A stretch of 64,000 bases of DNA from Thalia democratica (Eukaryota), in assembly GCA_965202585.1 (NCBI GenBank), contig OZ241832.1:23312001-23376000 (forward strand). Reading direction: 5' to 3'. The position numbers and the translations under genes are program-made. The notes under the pieces were generated by a model. That model was given only the letters and a program-made list of their open reading frames with translations, was not told the DNA's origin and did not search any database. Positions 25,561 through 39,278 of the stretch are shown here, piece after piece. Each line of letters starts with the position of its first letter. The first letter of the stretch is position 1.

Positions 25561-26574
25561 TTTTTGATTCTAAGTCTCGATTTCTTTATATACTATTAGT
25601 TTAAGCATTCTAACAATCTTATTACTTAATTAGGCTAAGCTTATATGATAGTCTAAGTTTAAATTCGCGTTTTATTAATCGACTTAGCTAAATAACTTAA
25701 CTAAGTCAATTCTAAACATTTAAATAACCGTCACCGATATTGTTATAACGCGTTAAGTCATTTAATATCCAGGTTCGCGTAACTAAGTAACAACTAAGCA
25801 TCGTGTGATTGGCAAATGGTGACCCGGACGTGATTCAAACTTCAAAATCTTTAATTGTAAAGCGGTATTTTGATAACAGATACAATGATGTAAAAAGTTT
25901 TTTGCAAAATGCTAAACATAATAAAAATATTAATTGAGTTAAGCAAAATTTTGAAATATCTGTGAAAATAATAATTTTGAAATTGTTACTTCATATGATA
26001 ATGACAACAACTATTTATTATTTTTGAAATTAATTCCTTAACTTTTTTTGTCTCATTCACAAAAGTTTACTCATAAAACTTAACGTGTAAACCTTGTATT
26101 TGTTCAAGATTTTTTTTTTGCGTTAAAAATGTCTTTTATAACTTTTGACAATTAAGTTTAGAAACTAAAATAATAATTTAAAAAAATTTAGTCAAAAATT
26201 TTTAATCCTTAACATAAGGAAACTTTAATAGTTGCTCTACGATTAGAACTTAATAAAGTAATACTAAAGTAAGTATATTATTGTAATATAACAAGATTAC
26301 TGTATAAATGTATTAAAATTATTATAAAAATGTTAGTTAACTCAAATTTCAAAAACTTTTTTACCTAATTTTACTACACTTTTTAAAACAAGAGATTCTA
26401 TATAATATTCTACAGTCTATGAGTTTTTTATCTTTTTTATTCATTAACATTGTTTTTAAATTTAATTCTAACTAGTTAGGTGAAATAACTACTTTAACCT
26501 TCAATATTAACAACACATAAAGTTTATTTTAAAATGACATAAACAAAAAGAGACAAAAAGAACTAGTTAATGTA

Positions 26575-28693
26575 TTATAATTCCTCAACACATTTTGGCA
26601 TTGCAGACCACTTTCCATCAGATTGACATTTAATCACCTGAGGGCCGGCTCTGTTTGAAATAGATGTTATTGCTTTTTTGTAAAATAAAAAAAATAAATT
26701 TTTGATTTCTAAAGAATTTACGTTTTAGTTGATACTTTGTAAAGTTTGAAAGTATTCGAAAACCCTTTAAACCAAACTTTCTATTAACTAAACAAGATAG
26801 GTAGATGTATTTGCGCACAATAAACGCGTAACTAAAAGCCAATTTAACTAACAATCATAAGTTTAACACTTAAAAAAAAACCTTTTAAATCCCGACTTGC
26901 AGAACACACTGAGTTTCTCATTGTATCGGTAGGGTCTCGGCTCTTCGAGTATTGGCTGGTAGGGTCCCTCTAAAATCATGGTCTTCACGTTAAGGATGTC
27001 GTGGGGTTCTTGGCTGCATACTATCGGTTTGCATTCGGGTATTTCACCTACCCATTGACCATTTTCGCCGCAAACTGTTGTTTTGAGTTTTGCTTTGTTG
27101 ATTTGTTATTTTTTGATAAATAAAACTATAGACTGTTTTATGATAATCTCCAAAATAGTCTTTTTAAAACTAAAACTTGTGCTTTACATATATAAACTAA
27201 AATAAATTAACTAATGAATGTTGTTTAATAATATAGGGATTGCAAGAACATTTGACGGTAAATTTTAAAACAATCTTTTTTTATACTTCAACTTCACAGG
27301 TTTAAAAAGAAGTAAACATTAAGACTTAAGTTTTTGAACAACTTAATTAAACTATTTTGGTGTATTTGTAACAAAGTTATCAGCATTTTAAAATAATTTT
27401 TAGGACGGCTTTATCCAAACTTAACTTTTGAGTTGTATAGTTTAATAACTGTTATTTAATTTCAATATTCAAAATAAACATCTACTTTTTTTTTACTAAC
27501 CAACAGTGTTTGTTTCGCTACTAATTTCGAACCCACTCTCACAAGAGTAAGTGGCAACGCTGCCTATCTTTTTTTCATCTGAACTGCCAACATTCACTTT
27601 TCCGTATTTTGGCAAAACTGGGGAATTTTTGCATTTTATCTCTTCGCATGTAGGTGTGGGATTTGACCACTTTCCTGCAATAAAATTATAATGAATTTAA
27701 TTTTTTAACTTTATCAAAAAAATTATACCTATGTTTTTTTTAGTTGAAAATGAAGACTCATTTGAAACTATATATAAGTTTGTCTATTGTCAAAGCCTTT
27801 ATATGTGTTTAAAATGAGTATCTTTACAAAATTCTTTGAGCATTCAGGCTCTATTTACAAAGATGAAAAACTAAGTAGTTTTTATTGTGGAAGAGACACA
27901 GAAAATTTTAACACAGAAAATTACTAATTAGTGCTTTTGTGAATTTTTTAGAATTTAGTATATAAAAAGATAAAAACAAAAGCAACTTATTGCATAAAAC
28001 GATTAATTTTATCAATTTTTTTAGAATTATTGAAAACTAACCATATTTCAAACAAGTTGCTTCGCTTTCGCCATTCAACTTGAATCCTTTTTCGCAGGAA
28101 TACTTCATAACACCTCCTTGTTTAAAGCTCTGACCTTCTATCGTTCCATCCACTATGTAACCAGGTGAAGGGCAATCTTTTAAGATAAAGTTTTAGTGAA
28201 TAGCTGTAAGTTATGCTTGTTGTAAAAAGCAAACATTGTAACTAAGTTTATAACGTATTACTACGTAAGGATATTTAATTAAAATCTTCTTTTGGTAGTC
28301 ATTTCAACTTTTCAGAGTAAACAACTGTTAATAAATAGTTATTGGTAGTAGGTATTGTCTGTTATTCATTAAAACTAGTTAATTAAAGATATAAATCAAT
28401 AACTAAAAAAATACATTATTAATTTTTTTTTTAAATTCACGTATATAACTCAAACCTTTATTCATTAAACGCTTATCTTCTTCTAACTTTCTACAGTTTT
28501 CTCTCCTTTGAATTTTTCTGCATCCTGTAGTAAAAAAACCAAGGGCCGCACAAGACTGCAGTTGTTTTTTGAATCTCGGCTTGTCAGTTCCTATTAAGTC
28601 TTTCGCAGTGCATTGCTTCGTACCTCCAGCACTGACCGAACTCAACAGAACGAAGAAAAGTATAATACTCAACAAACAAAAATTTACTCGCAT
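26575..28693 (-). CDS. Secreted protein A: signal peptide + basic CX19CX9CX8C domain + 3 CCP/sushi modules (271 aa)
   Basis: Exons 28693-28456, 28176-28042, 27674-27501, 27074-26882, 26650-26575 (816 nt, open; phases 1/1/1/2); 12 CCP cysteines and GxWS/WxG motifs; AATAAA at 26523-26528 on the minus strand. Confidence 0.9.
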
Positions 28694-29407
28694 TTTTTAT
28701 TCCAAAATATTAATTTTTTTTTTAAATCTAAAAGAGTAGTTTTTATATAAAAGAATTTTTATATTAGAAATATTTATTTTTATAGGTATTAAGTAGGTTA
28801 AACAGCAGTTTAAGAGCTTAAGTACTTATAACATAATTCAAGGTTTATCAAGTTTATTGAGACATAGCTTTATTACCATTAAAAGTAATTAAAGTTATTT
28901 TGACACTATATACTAATTTTAATACATATGCCTAGTACAACTATTCTTTTTTAAGTAATTAAGTTCACCAAACCCAATGTTAAGTAGAGTACTATGGAAA
29001 TAACATGATAAACTGTTTTTTAGTACACTAAAGACAAATAAGTTGTTTAAAAACAATACTAAATATTCATTAACTGTTTTCTTATTTATATAACTCCATT
29101 TAATGCGTTTTACTGTCTTTGTTAATATTTTTAACTGAGCTTACTTAAAATTATGATCTTAACAGATTAGTGAGAGTAGTTTGCTAAAAACATACTTATA
29201 GTTTTAGAAATCAATAGAGTAACAAACTTCATTATGAAAATAATTCAAATATAAAATTAAACAATAATAATTTTTCCAGGTGTGTAAGTCAAAAAAAAAC
29301 TGTTTAGGTATTGTAATTTACTTATAACATTTACGTCCGATTCTCACTGTAAATATTTTTACATGCAAACGTTGTCAGCAATTATAAATATGATGTGCTC
29401 ACTAACC

Positions 29408-32400
29408 TGGATTCTAATGGTAAATGTTAAGGTATATATAAAACTAGCATGACAATAAAAGGTCATGTTGTATTAAAGAACAATTGCAAACACTAACAAA
29501 TGAATAAAGAACATCTAATTTAGAAATTACTCTAAATGAGGTATAGTCAAATGATCAATATTTAACAAAAATTTTACACAAGAATTAAATCTAACAGTAA
29601 TTATACTTTGAGAATGCTTCAATTAGAATGAGAACTAACTGTTTAAAACTAAAACTATAAAAAAAATATGAGAAGAAAACAATGTTAAATAAAAACTTTA
29701 CACAAAACAATCAAACAATATAAATGTCTACCCTTAAATAACATGTTTACTGCAGCAGGCAGTGGCTAGAATGCCCCACCACTCTCTGTTGCTGGTTTAT
29801 ATAACAATGTTTTTAACTCTATTCAATATAACATCAGGAATTTCTTATCTGCTCTTTATTTTCTCCTTATCTTAACTTGCATCAGTATAACACTTGACCT
29901 TGCGAGCTTTCTCTTAAACGCTTGGATGGACAAGGATTTTAGCTAAAAATTTTCCATAACATTTCAACAGTTATTAAGTACAATTTGATATCCTGTTACA
30001 CTTTCTCATTTTTCACTTTTTATATAAAATATTCACTTTGCATTTCCTCTGCATTTTTTATGACAACAAACACTAAGCTTTCTTCATAAACAAGAAAAAA
30101 ATGCATCATATCAAAAAAGTTATTTGTCTCAAAATTACTACTAAGATTTAAAAAAAAAAAGGCCTGAAAATAAAATAATTAAATATTTTTTTTACAAAAG
30201 GCTACTAGCTCTAAACAGTTTTCTATTATTGGTAATCAAAAAGAAAATTATGTGTTTACCAAGCTTTAACAATTCACTTTAACTTCTAAGTAATATTAAA
30301 CATGTGTCACAACCTACTTTATAGATTGGAGAAATTGAAAAACAGATACAAAATAAAAACACAAAAAAGTCAGTCAAATGTCATACCTATGCAAAATCCT
30401 ATGATATAAATTCCTAAACATTTTAGCATGTTACTGGTCTTTGCTGTCTTAGTTACTTATAGTTGTTGTCTTGTTCTTTTAAGATTTAAGAGCCTTACAT
30501 AACTTTAATACTATTCACTTTTCTGATTAAATTTTTTCAGATCTACTTTGAATGTGTGGACTAAATTTTGTCAGTTCTACTTTGAGTTTTTGAACTAAAT
30601 TTTTACAGTTTAAAATTAACTTTTTGGACTTAACATTTTTCAGTTTCTCTTTGAATTTTTTGAATAATTTTGTCAGATCTATTGGAACTTTGTGGTCTAA
30701 AACTGGGGCAAAACCCTTTGTAATTTATTTTACTTAAACTTTGTCACTTACTTTCTGTGACTTAAGGACTTAAATTGTGTCTTTGTACCTTTTTGGTTTA
30801 ATTTGACTGAAACATTGTCACCTACTTGTGTGACTTGAAAACTTAAACTGAGTCAATACCCTTTGTGATTTACTTTTTAATCTTACTGTAGCATGTTTAT
30901 CAATATGACCCATTATTGCCTGATGTTATTTTCAAGCCCCTATGTTTTTATACTTATGGTTAAACCTAAAGGGCTTCTAACAGGGCAGATTTTAAATGTA
31001 AGTATAGTTTCCTGAAAATTAAGTTCATGCTTTATTGTAATTTTCTCCACTACTGTTAAAAATTTGCACTGAATAGTGATCAAAGACAAAACATAATAAA
31101 CATGTGATGAATACTACCTTAAAATTTAAGCTTATACACTAGTAAAATTTTATTGGGTAAAATTTGTCTTGGTCTTATTTAACTCTTACCTGAAAAGTAA
31201 TTATTTACCTGATGACGCCAATTGTAACCCATAGGTGTAGATTATCTAAATATTAAACTTGTACTATTATGCTAGATGCTGATATTAAACAATACATAGG
31301 GCTACTTTATATAAACTATAAGTGACATTAAAGAGCATATTGTAGTAAAGGACAATTGCAAACACTAACAAATATATAAAGAACATCAAATTTAGAAAGT
31401 ACTATAAATGTGGTTAAAACTTTTTCACAAGAATTAAATCTAACAGTTATTATACTTTAAAAATGTTTAAATTAAAATAAGAATTAACTGCTTAAAACTA
31501 AAACTATAAAAAATTATGAGAAGAAAACAATGTTAAGTAAACACTTTACACAAAAAATCAAACAATATAAATGTCTATTTTAGATTAACATGTTTACTGC
31601 CGCAGGCTGTAGCTAGAATGCCCCGACCACTCTGTGTGGATGGTTTATATGTTCTTAACTTTATTCAATACTTCATCAGTAATTTCTTATCTGCTCTTTA
31701 TTTTCTCCTTATCTTGACTTGCATCAGTATAACACATGACCTTGCGAGCTTTCTCTTAAACGCTTAGATAAACAAGGATTTTAGCTTAAAACTTTTGATA
31801 AAATTTAAACAGTTATTAAGTATAATTTGATATCCTGTTACAATTTCTCATTTTCACCTTTTAAATAAAATATTCACTCTGCATCTTCTCTGCATTTTTT
31901 ATAAAAACAAACACTAACCTTCCTTTATAAACAAGAGAAAAATGCATCATATCAAAAAAGTTATTTGTCTCAAAATTACTATTAAGATTTAAAAACAAAG
32001 TTAGAAAAAAACAAGACCAGAAAATAAAATAATCAGACATTTTTTTACAAAAGGATACTAGCTCTAAACAGTTTTCTATTATTAATAATCAAAAAATAAA
32101 AATGATGTGTTTACCAAGCTTTAACAATTCACTTTAACTTCAAGTAATATTAAACATGTGTCACAAGCTACTTTATAAGTTGCAGAAATTGAAAAACAGA
32201 TACAAAATAAAAACACAAAAAAGTCTGTCAAATGTCATACCTATGCAAAATCCTATGATATAAATTCCTAAACATTTTAGCATGTTACTGGTCTTTGCTG
32301 TCTAAGTTACTTATAGTTGTTGTCTTGTTCTATTAAGATTTAAGAGCCTTACATAAAATTAATATTATTCACTTTTTGACTAAATTTTGTCAGATCTATT

Positions 32401-35400
32401 TTGAATTTATGGACTAAATTTTGTCAGTTCTACTTTGAGTTTTTGGACTAAAATTTTACAGTTTAATTTTGACTTTGTGGACTTTAAGTTTTTCAGTTCC
32501 CCTTTGACTTTTTTGAATAATTTTGTCATATCTATTGTGACTTTGTGGTCTAAAACTGGGGCAAAACCCTTTGTAATTTATTTGACCTAAACTTTGTCAC
32601 TTACTTTCTGTGACTTAAGGACTAAAAATGTGTCTTTGTACTTTTTTGGTTTAATTTGACTGAAACATTGTCACCTACTTGTGTGACTTGAAAACTTAAA
32701 CTGAGTCAATACCCTTTGTAGTTTTTTTTTAATCTTACTGTGGCATTATTTTCAATATGACCCATTATTGCCTGATGTTATTTTCAAGCCCCTATGTTTT
32801 TATAGTTATAGTTAAACCTAAAGGGCTTTTAACAGGGAAGATAGTAAATGTAAGTACAGTTTCTTAAAAATTAAATTCATGCTTTATTGTAATTTTATCC
32901 TCTACTGTTAAATAAATTGCACTGAATAGTAAAAATGACAAAATTTAATAAACATGTGATGAATACTACCTTAAAGTTAAAGCTTATACACTAGTAAAAT
33001 TTAATTGGGTAAAAATTGTCTTGGTCTTATTTAACTCTTACCTGAAAAGTAATTATTTACCTGATGACGCCAATTGTAACCCATAGGTGTAGTGTAGATT
33101 ATTTAAATATTAAACTTGTACTATTATGCTAGATGCTGATATTAAATAATACATAAGGCTACTTTATATAAACTATAAGTGACATGAAAGAGCATATTGT
33201 AGTAAAGAAAAGATGCAAACACTAACAAATATATAAAGAACATCAAATTTAGAATGTACCTTAAATGTGTCAAAACTTTTTCACAAGAATTAAATCTAAC
33301 AGTAATTATACTTTGAAAATGTTTAAATTAAAATTAGAATTAACTGCTTGAAACTAAAACTATAAATAAAATTATGAGATAAAAATAATGTTAAGTAAGT
33401 ACTTTAAACAAAACAATCAACAATATAAATGTCTATTCTTGATTTACATGTTTACTGCCGCAGGCTGTGGCTAGAATGCCCCACCACTCTATGCGGATGG
33501 TTTATATGTCCTAACTTTATTCAATATTTCATCAGTAATTTCTTATCTGCTCTTTATTTTATCCTTATCTTTACTTGCATCAGTATAACACATGACCTAG
33601 CGAGCTTTCTCTTAAACGCTTAGATAAACAAGGATTTTAGCTAAAAACTTTTCATAAAAATTAAACAGTTTTTAAGTATAATTTGATATCCTATTACACC
33701 TTCTCATCTCTTACTTTTTAAATAAAATATTCACTTTGCATCTCTTCTGCATTTTTTATGAAAACAAACACTAACCTTTCTTCATAAACAAGAAAAAAAT
33801 GCATCATATCAAAAAAGTTATTTGTCTCAATATTACTATTAAGATTAAAAAAAAAGATAAGAAAAAATAAGACCAGGAAATAAAATAATTAAACATTTTT
33901 TTACAAAAGGCTACTAGCTCTAAACAGGTTTTTATTATTAATAATCAAAAAATAAAAATGATGTGTTTACCAAGGTTTAACAATTCACTTTAACTCAAAG
34001 TAATATTAAACATGTGTCACAACCTACTTTATAGATTGCAGAAATTGAAAAACAGATACAAAATAAAAACACAAAAAAGTCAGTCAAATGTCGTACCTAT
34101 GCAAAATCCTATGATATAAATTCCTAAACATTTTAGCATGTTACTGGTCTTTGCTGTCTTAGTTACTTATAGTTGTTGTCTTGTTTTATTAAGATTTAAG
34201 AGCCTTACATAAATTTAATATTTTTCACTTTTTAGATTAAATTTTGTCAGATCTACTTTGAATGTGTGGACTAAATTTTGTCACTTCTACTTTGAGTTTG
34301 AACTAAATTTTTACAGTTTAATATTGACTTTGTGGAATTTAAGTGTTTTAGTTCCTCTTTGACTTTTTTGAATAATTTTGTCATATCTATTGAAACTTTA
34401 TGGTTAAAACTGGGGCAAAACCATTTATAATTTGTTTGACTTAAACTTTGTCACCTACTTTCAGTGACTTAAGGACTTAAATTGTGTCTTTGTACCTTTT
34501 TGGTTTAATTTGACTGAAACATTGTCACCTACTTGTGTGACTTGAAAACTTAAACTGAGTCAATACCCTTTGTGGTTTTTTTTAACCTTACTGTGGCATT
34601 ATTATCAATATGACCCATTATTGCCTGATGTTATTTTCAAGCCCCTATGTTTTTAGAGTTATAGTTAAACCTAAAGGGCTTTTAACAGGGAAGATAGTAA
34701 ATGTAAGTACAGTTTCTTAAAAATTAAATTCATGCTTTATTGTAATTGTCTCCTTTAATGTTAAATAAATTGTACTGAATAGTAAAAATGACAAAATATA
34801 GTAAACATGTGATGAATACTACCTTAAAATTAAAGCTTATACACTAGTAAAATTTAATTGGGTAAAATTTGTCTTGGTCTTATTTAACTCTTACCTGAAA
34901 AGTAATTATTTACCTGATAACGCCAATTGTAACCCATAGGTGTAGTGTAGATTATTTAAATACTAAACTTGTACTATTATGCTAGATGCTGATATTAAAC
35001 AATACATAGGGCTACTTTATATAAAATATAAGTGTCATGAAAGAGCATATTGTAGTAAAGAACAATTGCAAACACTAACAAATATAAAAAAAATTTAAAA
35101 TTTAGAAAGTTCTTTAAATGTGGTTTAAACTCTTTCACAAGAATTAAATCTAACATTAATTATACTTTGAAAATGTTTAAATTAAAATTAGAATTAACTG
35201 CTTGAAACTAAAACTATAAAACATTATGTGAAAAAAATAATGTTAAGTAAATACTTTACACAAAACAATCAAACAATATAAATGTCTGTTCTTGATTAAC
35301 ATGTTTACTGCCGCAGGCTGTAGCTAGAATGCCCCAACCACTCTATGTGGATGGTTTATGTGTTCTTAACTTTATTCAATATTTCATCAGTAATTTCTTA

Positions 35401-35552
35401 TCTGCTCTTTATTTTCTCCTTATCTTTACTTGCATCAGTATAATACATGACCTAGCGAGCTTTCTCTTAAACGCTTGGATAAACAAGGATTTTAGCTAAA
35501 AACTTTCAATAAAATTTAAACATTTTATAAGTGCAATTTGATATCCCTTTAC
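29408..35552. repeat. Tandem array of ~1.86-kb units (3.3 copies) with nested ~34-bp subrepeats
   Basis: Anchor A(A/G)(T/A)TGCAAACACTAACAAAT at 29482, 31354, 33211, 35064 (periods 1872, 1857, 1853); each full unit holds ~10 degenerate TAAATTTTGTCAG.TCTACTTTGA... subunits. Confidence 0.95.
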
Positions 35553-38500
35553 AAAGTAAATTTAAGTTTTTATAAGTAAATTTTTCCTTATAAAAATTAA
35601 ATAAACATTAGTATTTTGATATGATTAATCTTATTTTCTAATGTAGAACCTTTTTTTAGCCTATTAGCAAACACCAAACAAGTATTTTTCGCTTTGAGGT
35701 CATACTTTTAAGTGCCGTTAGTGCGTACGAAATAGCACTGTATTGCGATTACTATATTAAGTTCAGTGACAAACATTTTATTTAGTATAATCTAAATTGT
35801 TACTAAGTTTATAAACTAAAATATGTTGATTTGGCGTAGGTAAAGCTGCATGCAAAAGTCAAACTCCGTGTTAAAGCGTCGCTGTACAATTCTAAAACGC
35901 ACCCGAAATTTCACTTCCAGCTTCGGATCATACTAGACGCTTGTACAACTCTAAGAATCAAAAACTGTGTATGAATTTTCATGTTTGTCAGTCAACATAC
36001 CCTTTTTTTCAAGTTTCATGTGGCCCGGTAAACCCAAAATAAATGAAAATTGCATGATGTTCTGGTACGATTAAAAACTTTGTGTATATTTCATAACTAT
36101 ATATGTTGTACCTTTACTAAAAAAAAATTTATAGGCATAAGTCATATGTAGGGATAAAGGTACAGGGATTACGTTATTTCCAAACTAAAATATTATTTAC
36201 ATTTGCTAAGTAGTTTAAAGCAAGATACCATTTGTAAATTAAACAGTTTCACAACTATTGAAAACAACATTAGCTTGACATTTAAGATAAATCAATAAAA
36301 CTTTGTAGTACTCAGTAGTCAGCTAACAAAGCAACACTGGAATTCTGACGACTCTGGTTTGAAGTACATGATATAATAAACCTTTTATAAGATAAAAACT
36401 CGAGTTAAATTTATGGTTAAATTCAATTTTCTAGAAAAATATATTTAAGTACAAACATATTGATCTACTTTTTTTCTTTATCAAATCTATTAGTAAGTAA
36501 AAAAAATCATTAAACTTTAGTCTAAGTATTTTTTTAGCGAGAGACCTTTAGTTTTTTAAAAATATTCTTATCAGTATTTTTAATTAAAACAAAAGTACTT
36601 TAAACTTAAAAAAATTCTTAAGGTGTTAAGTGTATCTAAGAGATTTTTTTTGTTTTATTAAAGGAAGGTATCGCTTTTTTAAATACCTAAAAAGGGTGTT
36701 ACAAACATTTTTAGGAAACCCTGATACAGTGTAACCCAGTTTCCTTAATAAAAATTACATAAGCGACAGATTTAAAAGTATTTTTTTAACTTTTATTTAT
36801 ATCTAATTGATATTCTATAATTCAAATTAACTTGCTAAAATAAGATAATTTACTTCGTTCAAAAGCTCTTTTATTTCATTGATAAAAAAGTTAAAAAACT
36901 TAATTGTAAAATTTTGCTTCATTTATAAGTATTTATTATGTAATTCTTTAACATAATAGCTCGTAAATATAGACTTATATAAGTAAAAAATGTCAGTTCA
37001 GTTTTTGTTTATTAAACTAGGCAACTAAACTTAGTCTTAGATTAAGCTTAAATTATATATTTTATTATTAATTTAAAAAAAAAATACGGGATTTAAAGTA
37101 TTTATTAAATTTCAAACAAATATTACTTAAAATAAATTCAAAAACTGTTTTATTTGCGAATAAATTCATTCGTTCAATAAAATGTCACATAAATTGCATT
37201 AAAGTATCTTCCTTTAGATCCCAAACATTTTTGTGTTGTTTACCTAACGTTGATGCGTACATTATCTGTAACTACCAGTTAAGTTTACAAAATTATAACT
37301 TTATACTAATTTTAACAAAATAACTGTTAAAAGTTTACTAACAAAGTTAAATTGTTAAGCTATTTTTTACTGCAAAAAATAAAATTGTTAATTTTTTTAT
37401 TTGCAAAACAAAACATTACCTGACTTTAAAAAACTTTTTCTATAAAGTAAATAAAAAACTTCTAATAATGGGTTTTACACTTTTGTACACTTTTTTTTAC
37501 TTTAATATACACAAAAAAATAACTATTTTAAGTTATTACTTAAATTTCCTTATTAAAGTAGTTTAAATCTATTTTACAATTATGCTTTAAAAGTTTAAAG
37601 ATGTTTAAGTTTTGTGAACATAGAATCATTTAATCTATCTTTTATATGTTTTTTGTAACAAAATTTATTACATTATTTAAAGAGTAAAACTTACAAACTA
37701 CTTTAAGTATTTAAATCGGATAACTTAAACTACTCCATTAACTTTTAAATTCCTAAACAGTTTATTATTATGATTTTCGATCGCTTCTTAGGTTTTGCAA
37801 ATTAATTATTTTACAACTGGGCTGCTTTTTATGGAGCAAGCCACAACTTTGAATTGATTTTTCTTTTATCTGGTTGTTTTATAAAAGTTAATAAAAAAAA
37901 AAAGTAATAAAAAAGTACAGTTTATTACAAAAAAAATTATTGTTAAAACCATTTATAAGATTAGTTTTAGCAATAAGTCGTTTTTAAGCATTATACAATA
38001 AGTTTTTGTTAGAATTGTGCAAAAATTAGGAAGTATATTAAAGGGTGAAATATTTCTTAATAAATATTACAACTTTTTATTCCTAACGTTTTTTGTCCAA
38101 CAATATAATAAGTTATTATAATTTTTGTTAGTTTTTTTTCAACCAAATAAATTTAGTTTTAAAAGAGTTTTCTAAGAAATATTTTTTTTAAATGTTCAAA
38201 ACTATTAAAGAAACTGTTTGAACCTTAAATATATTATTGTGCTGTTCCTTATAGTACTGTTAGTTTAATTAAGTTATTAAGATTTAAAACTTAAAGTTCA
38301 CAACTTTCAAAAAGTTGATATTATTATTGAAACATTCTTATGAAACTAAAACAAAAAAAAATAATGTGCGCAATAAAAAGTTGTTCTAACACTAAGCAAC
38401 CACTTTGTTTTAATTAGTCAAAATGATATGTTAAGTTTTATTTTGTTTTCATCAATAATTAAGTATGATTAGGTCAAAAGCCCTCTGAGAGAAATTCTAG

Positions 38501-39278
38501 TTGTAAAGTAATTTGTTGTTTTAATTGGTTTAAAAATTTTCTAAAGCCTGTTTTTAAAAAGTTTTTTAACTATTATAAAAAGTCTTAACAATTAACAATA
38601 TTTAGGCATCATGTAATTTTAAGGTTGAAAGGCCTTGATAAAAAATGAAAGCTTATACTGCATTGTCTTTTAATTATATAAAACTTTTTGAGCAATACAC
38701 TTCATTTAATCTAAAAAGATTATAAATTAAACAAAGCGTACTTTTAAGTAAAAATCATACAGTAGTACTAATTAAATAAAGTTTATTTAATTATTTAATT
38801 GCTATAACAACATTAAAAACTCGACACAGTTAACCATTTATTTATTATTATCATTATCCAGCTTATCTAATTTTTAGTGCTATGTACAATGTTTTATTAA
38901 TCTTTCACGTGCTTTTAATGTACTCAATCAGTTGAACCACTTTATAAAGTTGTGCTGTGCTATATAACATTTGAATAAAACTGTATTTATTATAATTACT
39001 ATAAGTATAATAAATTTACTAACCAGGTTACCATTTCTACTAAGCTATAAAGAAATCAGCGTTTTACACGACTGTTATTTGATTGAAAAAAGCTCAGTTT
39101 TGGTATATCTATACAGATTTCTAAGTAAGTTTTTAATAAATATCATAAGTCCACAAGTTTTTAAACTGCTTATAAGCTTGCACAAAGCAAAGTCAGATAA
39201 TAATTTCGTAACAAACTTTGGTTCTACACTTTAAGTAAGTTTTTTTACTGCAGACATAATTTTATTATAATACAAAAA

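Noticed and set aside
29735-29945. Alternative genetic code (TAA=Gln) suggested by in-frame TAAs shared among tandem units
   Set aside because: Intact genes in the window terminate at TAA/TAG/TGA; shared stops simply predate the amplification
30520-30880. CRISPR-like ~34-bp periodicity
   Set aside because: Degenerate head-to-tail subrepeats without unique spacers, eukaryotic context, no cas genes
33429-33623. 64-aa hydrophobic ORF in the 1.86-kb array
   Set aside because: Frame is broken in the other units; no consistent coding signal
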